Below, one piece after another: positions 10,801 to 22,891 of a stretch of 32,584 bases of DNA. Within the stretch, counting starts at the first letter, position 1; every line of letters starts with the position of its first letter. The notes under the pieces were generated by a model. It saw nothing but the letters and a program-made list of their open reading frames with translations. It had not been told where the DNA came from and did no database searches. The position numbers and the translations under genes were made by a program. The DNA is from Blastocystis sp. subtype 4 (taxonomy: Eukaryota): the NCBI RefSeq assembly GCF_000743755.1, contig NW_014569441.1:1-32584 (forward strand). The letters are read 5' to 3'.

Positions 10801-13592
10801 CAGCTGTTGTTGGATCGACAGACATTACGATCTATTGTAACAGTGATGGATGAGAAGCTTCAGAATATCAACACATTCCATCTCCCTGTGAATATCCCTC
10901 GTCTTATTTGGACAGCTAAGAGTCGATTCCATGTAGATCCCAATGGATGCAGTGATTTGAGACCTGATTATGTGATTCGAGAAGTAAGGGATCTGTTAGC
11001 CAGACTGTGTGTTATCAGTCCAGAAACTGGAATGCCAGAATCCCAAGATAATGCGAAACTCCTATTCTCTATCTTTACTCGTAGTACACTGGCATCCAAA
11101 CCTCTTCTCTGTGAGCATCGTCTCTCTCAGAAAGCCTTTGATTGGTTGTTGGCTGAGGTGACCAATCGTTTCATGAAGTCTCAAGTAAGCCCTGGTGAAG
11201 TATGTGGAATCGTGGCTGCTCAATCAATCGGAGAACCAGCTACACAGATGACTCTAAACACATTCCACTTTGCTGGTGTATCTGAGAAGAATGTGACTCT
11301 GGGTGTACCTCGTCTGGAGGAGATCATTAATGTTGTGGCAAACATTAGTACACCTACTATGACACTTCGCTTACGACGGGATTTACGTCAAGATAAGGAT
11401 CAAGCAGAACGCATTCAGAATGCATTAGGTCTAACAACACTGAATACGATTTTATCGAGTGCTGAAATCTATTATGATCCTGATCCTATCAATACTGTCG
11501 TGGTTCAAGATTCCGTTCTTGTTAAGAATTACTTTGATACTGAAGATTTGGATCCACAATCACTCTCCCCATGGATGCTTCGATTAGCTTTGAATAAGCA
11601 GATGGTGGTGGCAAAAAAAGTCTCTCCTCAATTAGTAGCTGAGAAGATCAAAGCATTGATTCCTGATATGCTCTCAACGATTGCTTCAAATGATAATGAT
11701 AATTCACCTGTTATTCAAGTCCGTCTTTTACGAGAGGTTGAGAAGAGTGACTCTGAGGCTGTGGCTGGTGATGAGTTATTGAAGTCTGTATTGAATATCC
11801 TTCAAACACATTTAGTACTGTTTGGTACACCTGGAATCGATACAGTATACATCAGTGATGAGACGATCAATGAATTGGAGGAGGAGGAGACGGATAATGA
11901 TGAGATGTTGACTCCAGAAGAACGGAAACGCAAGCACCAGTATAGATTCGAATGCATGGCTTATCAATAGAGAATGGGTTCTGTTAACAGATGGAAGTAA
12001 CCTAAGAGGAGCAATGATGGAAGAATCATTAGATTTTACTAAAATGTATACAAATGATATTAAGGAAATATTTGAAGTGTTAGGAATTGAAGCTGCTAGA
12101 AGAGCTTTAATGAAAGAGATTCGAACTGTTATTAGTTTTGATGGATCCTATGTGAATCATCGTCATTTATCAATTCTATGTGATGTTATGACATATAAAG
12201 GATTCCTAATGCCAATTACACGAAACGGAATTAACCGAATTGATGCTTCACCATTACAAAAGGCTTCTTATGAGGAGACACAAGAAGTATTTATGGAGGC
12301 TGCTGTATTTGGAGAACGTGATCATCTGTTAGGAGTTAGTGAAAATGTAATGACAGGTCAGTTCCTTCCTACGGGAACAGGTGTATTTGACGTTTATCTC
12401 GATACGAAGAAGTTGGCAGAGGCTGTAGATGTGGCTCCAGAAGGATCAGAACTTGTATCTCGATTTGTGGTAAGACATATGAGAATGAATGAAGTTTTAG
12501 GATGAGGATGAGACAAATCATGTTATGGACTTTGCTTCACCAGCACCTGTGAACTTCTTTGATACAGTAGTAGGTGAAGTATCTCCCGCATTCTCACCTG
12601 CATTCACGAATGCATCACCTGGTGTGGCATATGATTATTCAGCTATGTCAGCATCCCCAATGTATTCAGCTGGTGTAGCAGAAGTAATGCAACAAGGTTA
12701 TATGCCTCAAGGAGGATATAGTGCGCAGAGTCCTGGATATAGTCCAAGTATGTCTGGTTATTCACCTGGATCTCCGGCTTATTCACCTACTTCACCTGTC
12801 TATTCCCCAACCTCACCTGCCTTTTCGGCCACGTCTCCGGCTTATTCGCCTACGAGTCCGGCTTATTCGCCTACGAGTCCGGCTTATTCGCCTACATCAC
12901 CATCCTATTCTCCTACTTCCCCTGCATATTCTCCTACATCACCAGCTTATTCTCCTACATCACCAGCTTATTCTCCCACATCACCGGCTTATTCACCTAC
13001 ATCACCAGCCTATTCCCCTACTTCCCCTGCATATTCTCCCACATCACCAGCTTATTCTCCCACATCACCGGCTTATTCACCTACCTCACCAGCCTATTCA
13101 CCCACCTCACCTGCATACTCTCCCACGAGTCCTGCCTATTCCCCTACATCACCAGCATACTCACCAAACTCACCCGCGAATTCGCCTACTTCTCCTGCCT
13201 ATACCCCGTCCTCACCAATTGATTCGCCCAATTTCCCAGCCTACTCACCAACCTCACCGGCGCACTCGCCTACTTCTCCTGCCTATACTCCATCCTCGCC
13301 CGCTGAATCGCCCAATTTTCCGGCTTATTCACCAACCTCACCTGTCAATTCCAATTCTCCAGCCTACTCTCCATCCTTACGCTCTAACTCATCCATTTTC
13401 CCAGCCTATTCACCAACCTCGCCAGCCTATTCTCCAACTTCACCTGCCTATTCTCCAACTTCGCCTGTCTATTCGCCAACATCACCTGTTTTCTCTCCTT
13501 CTTCACCTGCTTATTCACCAACCACGGCTCAGGAGCCTCCTGTGGATGTGAAACGAGATGATCAGGGGTCAGCAGAACAAAAAGATGAGTAA
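7805..13592 (+). CDS. RPB1: DNA-directed RNA polymerase II largest subunit
   Basis: Zn site [31 protein letters not shown], catalytic [23 protein letters not shown] and a heptad CTD. About 8 short introns, e.g. 9363-9392, 9678-9708, 11940-11970. Confidence 0.98.
12717..13532 (+). repeat. RPB1 CTD heptad array (~39 units, consensus YSPTSPA)
   Basis: 21-nt periodic coding repeat translating to tandem YSPTSPA, with a degenerate block at 13158-13406. Confidence 0.97.
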
Positions 13593-13596
13593 GAAT

Positions 13597-13604
13597 TGTT
13601 TGTT
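13597..13604 (+). terminator. TGTTTGTT polyadenylation element of RPB1
   Basis: Starts 5 nt after the last base of the RPB1 TAA (13592). Confidence 0.85.
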
Positions 13605-13643
13605 CAAATAACCGTGGATTGTGTTTTATTCATATTTTCGTAC

Positions 13644-14883
13644 ATGTTTAAGGGATTAAGCACCTTTTTTGGACACCTCCTAGGTATCCGACCTGCCGAA
13701 ACCTCGGAACAGTCAAAACGAGGTGAAGTGTAATTGAGGATTAATCACCAATAGAAGGATCAAAGCAACAAAATGGTGAAGGGCATGACTCTACAACCAT
13801 TATTTCAAAGCCTGTACCAATTTCGAAAACTACAACTGAATTACCAAGTTTGCCTCCCGTAGAAGAACTAATGGATTTCGTAACTCAACATACATTAAGG
13901 TACGTATAATAATCCGATATCAAGTCCAGTTTTACCAGTGCGAAGGATCCCACGTCTTCGTTTATTATGCGTCCTGTAATTCCATCTGATCGTACCAAAA
14001 TGCATGCAAGTAAGATTACGGATATGACTCTGAGTGTAGTTCTTAGTAAGGGTGAAATCTCTTCCAATTCCTTGTTCATGCGTTTCACAACGGCTAAAAA
14101 GACGTTTACGGAACGAGAGTTGGACTACTTCACTCGTCTTAATTACACAAGTCATCACGGACTTGGTGTTGTTCTCGATAAACCAGGTTACCCAGGTGTT
14201 GGAACAGCACGTTATTTTGTGGATTCAAATGACCCAACAACAGCAGAATGGGCTGTTACAGTGATTGACAAGTTTCAAGGTCAAGGAATTGGAATCACAC
14301 TTTTCTTTGCAATATGTGTCGTAGAACATGAATTTTGGGTTTACTGTAGTTAGCTGAAGTGAATGGGATCAAACGGTTGAAAGCTGTCGTCAATCCTGAG
14401 AATCACGTCATTTTGAATTGGCTCACACGTTGTAATTCATATGAGGAATACCAGGATCAATCAGTTTTCCATGTGATTGCCATTCCTATTCCTGAAGATT
14501 TTTATCGTAATCAGGAACTCAAAGAACGTATTCGAGAGGCTTTAGCAGGGTCTGGTCATATGGACAATGCAGCACAGTTCGCTACTCGATTGGAATTGAA
14601 ACGTGTGTATTTTCCTGGGATGTGATGACTAGAATTTTATGATGATTTGGAAGAGAAAGACTCAGATACAGAGGATTTTACAGGTAAGAGAATGAGAATG
14701 CGAATGAGACGTAGTAACCTGTAGCAGTTATGATGATGATTCGCGATCACGGTTATTTACCTCTAATAATCATTGTAAGTGAATCTGAAAGATTGGTTAT
14801 GAATAGTACTAACAGAAATGATGGATGAAATTAGTGTGTCTTCACGATCGAATTCAATTGATGATTTTGATTTTGAACTCTAG
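13644..14883 (+). CDS. GNAT-family acetyltransferase (bacterial Pat-type GNAT domain) with acidic C-terminal tail
   Basis: MRPVIPSDR...SLFMRFTTAKKTFTERELDYFTRLNYTSH...GVGTARY...TAEWAVTVIDKFQGQGIG contains the acetyl-CoA-binding QGxGxG motif A. Six ~30-nt introns join the ORF pieces; TAG at 14881-14883. Confidence 0.85.
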
Positions 14884-14919
14884 TTGACTTTGTTTCTTAC
14901 AAACATATTCCAATCCCTA

Positions 14920-16023
14920 TTAGAACAACGTAGATATGACTTCCTTCTGCTTGGCTGTAAGACTCTTTGGCATCACAACAGTGATTGTGATATACAAGTC
15001 GCCCTTCTGACTTGGGAACTTGTGTACTGGCATTCCCTCACCCTCCAACTTCAACACTTCACCTGGTTTCGTAATTCCCTTCTTGCCAAATGTCACTGTG
15101 TGACCATCCAGATGAGAAATCTTATTGGTCCAACCTAACAACGCATCTTTCAGAGAGATGCTGAAGTCCATCTTCAGATCGTTGTTATCTCGTGTGAACA
15201 AATTATGTTTCCGCTGTTGTAATACCACAACCACATGACCAGGATCCAAATCTGGATGCTGATTTCCTTCGTGTTCGAATGTAATTTGTTCTCCATCTTT
15301 CATTCCACGCTCAATATCCACTGTAATGGAATGTGGCTTTGTCACTAACTTACGACCATGACAAACGTGACATGCTTTCTCATATGTCTTGCCTTTTCCT
15401 CCACATTTCTGGCATGGCTGTTGAACTTGCTGTACAAAACCAGGAGCCAACTGAATACGCTGGACAACGTAACCTGAACCCTTACACACAGGACATGTGT
15501 GAACATGATCAGGATCATCTGCTCCAGTACCATGACAATGTTCACATAATTCCTGGCGGTTCACGGTAAACGTCATTTCTCGACCATTGTACAAATCTTC
15601 CAAGGTGACAGGAACTGTGGCCTGCATATCCTGGTTTCGCTGTTTACCTCCAAAACCTCCGAAACCAAAAATATCTCCGAATGGATTAAACCCTTGTTGA
15701 CTGTTATTCTTTTCTCTCTCTTCTACACCCTCTTCTCCTTTGATATCATACACACGTCGCTTATTTTCATCCGATAGACAATCATAAGCGGCCTGAATGT
15801 CAATAAATGTGGTTTTGCACTCTTCCGTTTTACACTTATCAGGATGATATTGAAGACTTAATTTCCTATATGCCTTCTTAATTTGAGATGCTGAAGCCCC
15901 TCTATTCGGTCATTCTCACGAAATGACACCATACTTATCAACTCCCAAGATTTTGTAAAAATCACGGCCAGCAACACAAACACCGAATAATACGATAGAT
16001 AGAATTACGAACCGATTGTTCAT
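14920..16023 (-). CDS. ER-targeted type I DnaJ/Hsp40 (Scj1/ERdj3-like)
   Basis: Signal peptide MNNRFVILSIVLFGVCVAG, then RDFYKILGV and YHPDK (J domain), a G/F segment, CxxCxGxG zinc-finger repeats and the DnaJ C-terminal domain. One intron near 15903-15935. Confidence 0.9.
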
Positions 16024-16245
16024 TTGGGGAGAGAAATATGCAGAAAAGGTCTGTATTCTCGAACATCATTTTGATTCATTTTTCCTTTTCCTTTTTGTAT
16101 TTGGTTATGAACGCAATTGCTATCATGATAGAAACAAGAAATTGGGAAAATACGCAGACAGCGAGGATTCTGTCGCTTGTTGAATAGGAATTGAAAATGC
16201 TTCTCATCCAAACAAACAAGCAAGTCTAGCTACATATCCACTCCT

Positions 16246-17515
16246 CAATCATTCTCCACCACAATCTCTACATCTCACAAACCACCACCATACTCTACTC
16301 CAGTTGTAAATATGATAAGACGATTTTGGCGCTTTCTCCTTCTTCGGACGCTCAACCTTAATTGTCTTCGTCTTCGTCTTCGTATCCAGAATAATTGTAG
16401 TACTCTCCGATATATTCACATCTGACTGATGTCCATTCTCACACCCCGGCATTAGGATACCTCTCTTCTCATCTCTCTGTCCTTCACGATGATAGTTCCC
16501 TTGCCTTCCACCCGCTTCCCGTTGACGATACCCATTATTCTTGCGATATGCCTTTTGGCCGGACTCTCTTTCATTCGATCTATTTCGATTCTCTTGAGGC
16601 TGATTACCATTTTGCTGGACTTCAGGCTGATTCTTGGGCTTCTGATTCGGTTGTTGTCCAGAATGAGCCGGAAACTTGTTCGGCTGCTGTTCTTGTTTCC
16701 CTTTCTGTTGCTCTGGAGGCCGGTTCCCTTTTGGCAAGGGTCTTGGATTCTCCTTGCGTTGCTCTTTCTGTCTATCTGAATTCTGATTCTTTTCAACTGG
16801 ACCATTTCGTTGTTCCTGTTTTGGCTTGCCTAATGGAGGCACAGTTGCATCTCTCTTTTCTTGTTTATTAGGCACATTTAACGGCTTGTTTCCCTTCGAT
16901 TGCTCCCGATGTTGATTCTCTGTAGGCTGTTCTGGCTTCGGTGTGGACTGATCCCCATTCTGTCTTCTGTTGGAATTACCTTGGTTTTTTCTTGACGGGT
17001 TGGTATTCTGATTTCCATTTCGAGTGTCATTACGCTGCTTTGGCTGTTGCTGTTTTGGCTGTTGCTGCTTTTGTTGTTGTTGCTTTTGCTTTTGTTGTTG
17101 CTTTTGCTTTGGCTGATTTGCAGAGTCTGGCTTTTCTCCACTTTTCTCCCCCTCTTCCTTTCGACTATCTTCCTCCTTTGCATTCTCTGCTTTCACATCC
17201 CCATTTTGAACTCCATCGTTCGAATTGCCACCTTCCAGGTCTTGCTTCTTCTCATTACCTTTATTGTTCATGTCTCGTTCTTGATTCGGTTTCCCTTTCC
17301 CATCATTATCGATAGGAGTCTTAACTAACTCCTTAGGTTCCATCTCACTCTTCTTCTTTCCCTATACCATTAAACCCTAGTAAACAAGAATTTTACAAGA
17401 TCGGGAACTTCCAAAGGCTGTTTTTCCACCGACTTTTCCGAAGGGACTTCTACGTTAATTACAGACAAACTACAAGCATACCAGGATTTGATACATTACC
17501 TTCTTCCTTTTCCAT
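16246..17515 (-). CDS. Q/N/K/E-rich intrinsically disordered protein of unknown function
   Basis: 364-aa low-complexity ORF, extended 5' by two short introns to a probable ATG at 17515. A probable last intron near 16268-16298 gives the end NWKIVVEND*. TGTTTGTT lies downstream at 16218-16211. Confidence 0.7.
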
Positions 17516-17641
17516 ACTAATTCTGTGGGATCCAAACTATTACTGAACGTTCAGCCTGACACATGCTTGCCTCTCTTACCCAGATTACAGAACAAGGTAG
17601 TTATCACCTAACAAACAAAATACACGCAATAGAATCAAATC

Positions 17642-19058
17642 TTAGTTTTCTCGTTTCTCCACCATTACACTCGCAGAACATGCATAAACCACCATCTGCT
17701 TAATATCGATTGATAAACAACGAATCGCTCGCATCCAAACATCAAAGTCATTACAAAGGAAATCCTATTCTTTACAATCTCCTCAGAAGCACTACATATC
17801 CACCTACAGTGTCTGTTGTTATACGGAATTGTAACACCAGTCCAAACTTCTCCTCACAATGCTTTGCTAACAAATTCACAGCTCTATTCATGATATAAAC
17901 ATGCTAAATCCACTCTAAGAACAGATGTAAGGCTTGAGTGAATATCTTCTTGTTCTCAGTCTTCGGTAAAAAATACCTACAATCATATCACTCTACAAAT
18001 ACTCACAATTTATAAGAAGCCTTTTCAGTCATATCTATCACCTCACTGAATGATCCTCTTGTTTTGAGGTAGATACGCTGATAAGGTAAACCATACAATC
18101 GATACATCGTGTCCACAGCCTGGATCAGATCACCCAGAGCAGCATTCACACTGTTCCAATCAATCTGATTACCAATTCTGCCAACACGCACTCCATTGAT
18201 CGTGATGCAATTATGATCAAACCATACATTGACAGTGTCGTTAAGCGCATTACAGTGCATCAATAAATCCAATTGACGCGAATGATCCGCTACTGTTTCA
18301 TTCACCACATTGCGTTGTTCCTCATGTTCGCCTAATTGCAAGGAGATCTCAGCAGACACACAATTCATCGAATCCTGAAGATTCAGCATTTCTGCTTTGA
18401 TTTCTTCCATTTCCAATTTCTGACGTTCGATTCCCGCCAATGTAGTTCGCAAGGAATGAATTCGTTCTTGTAATGCACTTTTCTCTTTCTCCAGCTATTG
18501 TTCATGTGCAAACCTATTCCTACATCAGCCACAGCAGTAGAAGCGAATTCGGGTTCTGCAACTTCTTCCTCTTCCTCCTTCATGGGAGAGATGGCTTCTT
18601 TTATTTCGTCCATCTTCTGTTGAACTGTCATGGCACCAATAAGTCGTTCTAACACATATCCCACGTTCTTATCCTTTGTACACACTCTACAGTTATAACT
18701 ACACACGAAACACACTTTAATTTCTCCTTCTTCGTCTGTTCCAAACATGCAGAACATAAAGGAAAGTCAATCCCATTCAAATGACTCCTATTCCTCAAAC
18801 ATGCTCAAAAGAGATACAATTCTTCAAAGAATTCAACCATAGATAGTCGAAAGTCACCATCTTTCATTTGATATCCAAGAGATACAAACAACGCAATCAA
18901 GCTCTTCTTATACATCTTGAAGAATTCTATCCTTTAATCCATGAGTACAAAACTCTACTTTCATACTCCTTCTCATCTAAGTACAAGTAGTTCAGACACT
19001 TCTGACAACTTGTTACCCAACGTCCTGGACACCGATCATCAATATATTCCATCTCCAT
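17642..19058 (-). CDS. ATG6: Beclin-1/Atg6 (Vps30) homolog
   Basis: N-terminal CQKC, PLCSAC (cf. HPLCxEC), a coiled coil, and the BARA-domain match ITINGVRVGRIGNQIDWNSVNAALGD...YQRIYLKTRGSFSEV. Multi-exon. Confidence 0.85.
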
Positions 19059-19203
19059 AATTCTGGATATCGACTTTTGAGCACACAAGAATTTGGATTT
19101 GACGAGATCCAAAACACCTTTGAAATATTGTCTATTTCCACCAAAGTGAATGAATCACACATGGAATGGGATCAACACTTCCCTTTCAAATCTGGTGCAG
19201 GGG

Positions 19204-19757
19204 ATGAATAACCAGAATCCGATGCAGAAAAGGAATATCGCGGCTGGAGCAGACCCTGAGGATTATCCATTGTTCTCCCTCAGGGGAATCAATTTTCAAG
19301 ATAATTGTGAGTGAAAACGAGTTGTTGGTAATGATTAGTAAGGGAAATGATGTTTGGGTTTGGAGACTGCATAGAACCACATCCACAAACATTGGAACTC
19401 ATGAATAATCTAGTAAAGGACTTTGTAACCAATCTAGTTGGTTATATATAAATGGATAATTCCTAGTCGTTGCGCTGTTTTGATATTGCAAGACGAACCG
19501 GTCGGCAAATGGATAGTGAGATTGTTAAGTATGCTGTCAAGTCCAAAGAGTAAATTCTTGAAATTAAAATGATCCCTAGAGACTACTTCTATCGTTTAGA
19601 TGAACTTCTGAGAGCATTTGATGAGATTTCTAGGAGGATGCGATATCAAACATCCGATGAGGACTATTCTGCAGAAGCACGAAAACGCAAGAAACGAACC
19701 GAAATGACCGTAACTAAGCTTGTCAAAATAGAGGAAACATCAACTGCAGAAGAGTAA
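19204..19757 (+). CDS. TAF13: TFIID subunit TAF13 (histone-fold)
   Basis: Spliced product LREMMFGFGDCIEPHPQTLELMNNLVKDFVTNL...YFYRLDELLRAFDEI matches TAF13 MMYGFGD...RVKELL. Three introns of 30-32 nt. Confidence 0.85.
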
Positions 19758-19941
19758 ATCATGTTTATTTGTGCCATTATTTGTTGAATAATGTGTGAAT
19801 CATTAGCATCTTTATGCCTTGCCATTCAGGTTCTTCAATTGTTCCTATACATTCTCCTACTCATAATTTGATCACTATCATGCCTTGGAGTTTCTAGAAC
19901 ATTCTTTTGAGTTTCAGGTAGTTAGAATAGTGTTATCAACG

Positions 19942-20615
19942 ATGCCCAGCAAGTTCTATAACTATCAGTATTACCAATCTGGAGAGTTTACGGTCGTTTC
20001 TTTCATTGGTATATCCAAATTGCTGACTCTTAGTCATTAGGACTCCGAGGTGTTCCTCAGGAGAATATTCTTGTGAATATTCAACCTACTAACCTTACGG
20101 TGACAATTAATACTCCAGATTTTGATCCCTTCTCCAAGTCACTAGATCTTTACTTACCAATTGATCCTGCGACTTCGACTTATCAGTATAGATGGTCTTG
20201 ATGAGTTAGCAATAGAGTATTCCCAAGTAAGGTGGAGATCAAATTACACAAGGTAGAGCAAGTGAATTGGCCTACTTTGGAGAAGGCTTCAGGTTAGAAT
20301 TGGAAGAGATATTGATTGTAGTGCAAGTCCTTCCAACTCCTTCTGCTGCTTCCACAACAACGGCAAGTACCTTCAGCACGGAACGTTGGGACCGGTTCTG
20401 CGAGGAGAACAAAGAAGAAGTAAGCTTGTTGTAGACTGGATCATTGGTAGGTAGATACGTCAGGCGAGAAATTGTTCCGTGTGCTGTATGAGGGAGCCAC
20501 ACAAGAGCAACGACGTGCTATGATCAAATCGCTGCAGCAGAGCAATGGAAAGGTCTTAAACATGAATTGGGACGAAGTGAAGGACAAGAACTTTGAGGAA
20601 GAGGCAAAGAAATAA
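19942..20615 (+). CDS. SGT1: SGT1 Hsp90 co-chaperone (CS and SGS domains, no TPR)
   Basis: YQYYQSGEFTVVSF...VFPSKVEIKLHKVEQVNWPTLE (CS domain) and LFRVLYEGATQEQRRAMIKSLQQSNGKVLNMNWDEV (SGS domain). Four short introns. Missed by the ORF track. Confidence 0.9.
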
Positions 20616-20659
20616 GATGTAATAGTATCATTTGTTTGTTTGCTAGTCACATACGTTTT

Positions 20660-22178
20660 ATGCAGCTAGCTTGGTTCGTACTGTTATGTTGTTTTATAGT
20701 CCCTTCTCTTCAACTCTCTGTAGGAGGAGATGTCTTTGTAAGAAAAATAGGAATATGATACTCTATCAGGTTCACGAGATGATATGAACAAGTTAGTGGC
20801 AGAACGGAGTGACATTGTTTCCGATCCGTTAGATTTGATAATTATTAATTCAACATCCACGAATATATATGATACTCTGACTATTGTGGAGAATTCTAGT
20901 GAGAACAAAGCGATAGACGTAGATGTTGATTCGCTGTATACTTTCTCTAAAAATTCCAAGGAGAAGAAGCGTGCTACCTTTGGAAGACGAAGAATCCACA
21001 AGGCAGAAACAATGGAATCACCAGCAACAACTCGTTCTCTTGATGATGTATGGCCATTCGTCATCGATTATCACCATAATCACACCCATGTCACTGATGT
21101 TGGTATCCGTAAGCAATATGAGTTCTTGCATACGATCTCAACGAAACTGAACCGAGCTCCTCGAACAGAATCATCCAAGTATATCGTATTTTATCCTTCT
21201 AAGGCGGGTTTGGGTAATACTCTTGCTGCATGGAGTGAAGCCTTACTATTAACTATGTATTCACAGCGTTTCTTTAAACGTAGTTCCTTCCGATTTTAAT
21301 CATCTGTAGTGTACCAATGGCAGGTCATTCTGCAATACTACTCTATCCCTTTTACTGATATTCTCCTTCAATCTTCTTGTTTGATTTGAATTTTTGGTTC
21401 ATTTACAGCGTTCCTTAATCGAAATGATACGTTTATCTCACAATCTGGTAAATATTGTGGTCTAAATTTGGAGGGGATCTTAAATGGAACTGATCCTCAC
21501 AAATATATCGTTATTCGTGGATATTGTGGCATTATCCACTATTTCATTCATACTCCTTATCTCACCAATTGGCTGACCGATGTCGGAGTTTTTCCTTCGT
21601 CTTCTCTATTTGCTCTGGATCGAACCCATCTACTGATGCAATTCCTGCTTGTAGACGTAATTGTGCCCCAACCCCATATCTGGGACGCTGTAGTTCAATT
21701 CAAGGTGAGATCTCATTGGGACAATTACACAGTTATCGGGATTCACATTCGATCTGGTTTGCTAGAAGGGAATGTCGGATGGGGTCGTTTCCTGGAGAAA
21801 GAGGATGTGGATGTGTTTTACCAGAATGCATTGAGGTATACGAAGAAATTGGAACGCATGTCGCCTGAAAAACAGGTAAAATGGCTTGTGTTAGTGGATA
21901 ATGAGGGCGTGAAGGAGGAATTCAAACAGCGTGCTGGAAAGTACTACTTGTCGACGGATCTCCAAGTCGTTCATTCCAAAGAAGGAGTGACTAAGGGAAT
22001 CGAGAATTCGATTATTGACAACTACATTCTTAGTGAATGTTACACATTGATTCTGACAATGAAAAGTACATATGGTTATTTAGCGAAACACCGATGTGAA
22101 GCTAGTCATCGTAGTATTGCTCCTGGTAGCCACAAATCGAGTCATTCCTTTGTTTGGAAGTCAACAAACAATGCTTAG
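20660..22178 (+). CDS. Fucosyltransferase-like glycosyltransferase (GT-B; alpha-1,2/alpha-1,6/O-FucT superfamily)
   Basis: N-terminal signal/anchor; motifs AGLGNTL, VIGIHIRSG (motif I), WLVLVDN (motif II) and IIDNYILSECYTLILTMKSTYG (motif III). Three short introns. Confidence 0.8.
22163..22170 (-). terminator. TGTTTGTT polyadenylation element
   Basis: Starts 5 nt after the last base of the minus-strand TAA (22175). Confidence 0.8.
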
Positions 22179-22891
22179 AACTCCTTACCAACCGCTAAAC
22201 CTTTCGTTGTATACACAGTAGGTGTCTGAACAGCTTCTACACACTTCACTGCCGCATAGAAGGAATAGCCCAAAGTAAAGACAGTGAGAAGCGCAAACAT
22301 GACAGAAGGAGTCATGGGGACTCCTGATCGACTCTCTGTTACAATCACCTTTTCAGGATTCTCCTCATTGGGCTCCATAAACTGAAGAATGACTTGTTTT
22401 CCCTCGACTGGGATCCTCTGGAGTTCTACAGATCACCCTTTCATCCAACAGCAAACCCTCCAAGTTGGTAGGTAGAAGCACTTCGGAAGCCTAGTCAATT
22501 AAAGGAATAAAGCGTATATACAGTTATAGTTCCATTTACATGAGGGAAAACCATAGAGCTATTGAAGGCACTAACATAGTCCTGGAGTACGTCAACGGTG
22601 CTGTTCATCTCCTATTCCATTATATTACACTGTATAATGCAAACGCTATTATAAACAATATAAACACAGTTCATTTCCTAGAAATAAGTCCAACGAACAA
22701 GTGAACGACATCTGGATCAGCAAATTTCTTTACGTCTTCTGCTTGATACCAATCATTATAATAAACTTCATTGTTTCTATGTTAAACTCAATTCCGCTAT
22801 CATACACGTCACTGTCTAAGATAAAGACAGGACCTGACGCCATAGCAGCAGAAATGCAGATTAACGCAATCAAGAAGGTCTTAGCAGTCAT
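22175..22891 (-). CDS. Type I membrane protein, probable V-ATPase accessory subunit S1 (Ac45/Voa1)-like
   Basis: Signal peptide MTAKTFLIALICISAAMA. The C-terminal MTPSVMFALLTVFTLGYSFYAAVKCVEAVQTPTVY...GKEF resembles the Ac45/Voa1 TM domain. Multi-exon. Confidence 0.5.

Noticed and set aside
7805..12505. Apparent fragmentation of RPB1 and other genes (pseudogenes or stop-codon reassignment)
   Set aside because: Each break checked is explained by a 28-33-nt GT-AG intron that restores the frame under the standard code.
12717..13532. Regular 21-nt repeats resembling a CRISPR array or satellite
   Set aside because: No unique spacers; variation falls mostly at synonymous positions; it is the coding CTD.
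12721..13551. 276-aa His/Leu/Pro-rich ORF overlapping the RPB1 CTD
   Set aside because: Alternate-frame shadow of the heptad repeat, which naturally lacks stops in that frame.
16452..17328. Several overlapping ORFs (poly-Leu, Val/Ala-rich)
   Set aside because: Antisense or off-frame products of the CAA/CAG-rich disordered-protein gene.
5831..20615. Possible chaperone cluster (Hsp70-like, DnaJ, SGT1)
   Set aside because: The genes are separated by unrelated loci and the products are predicted in different compartments; no evidence of functional clustering.
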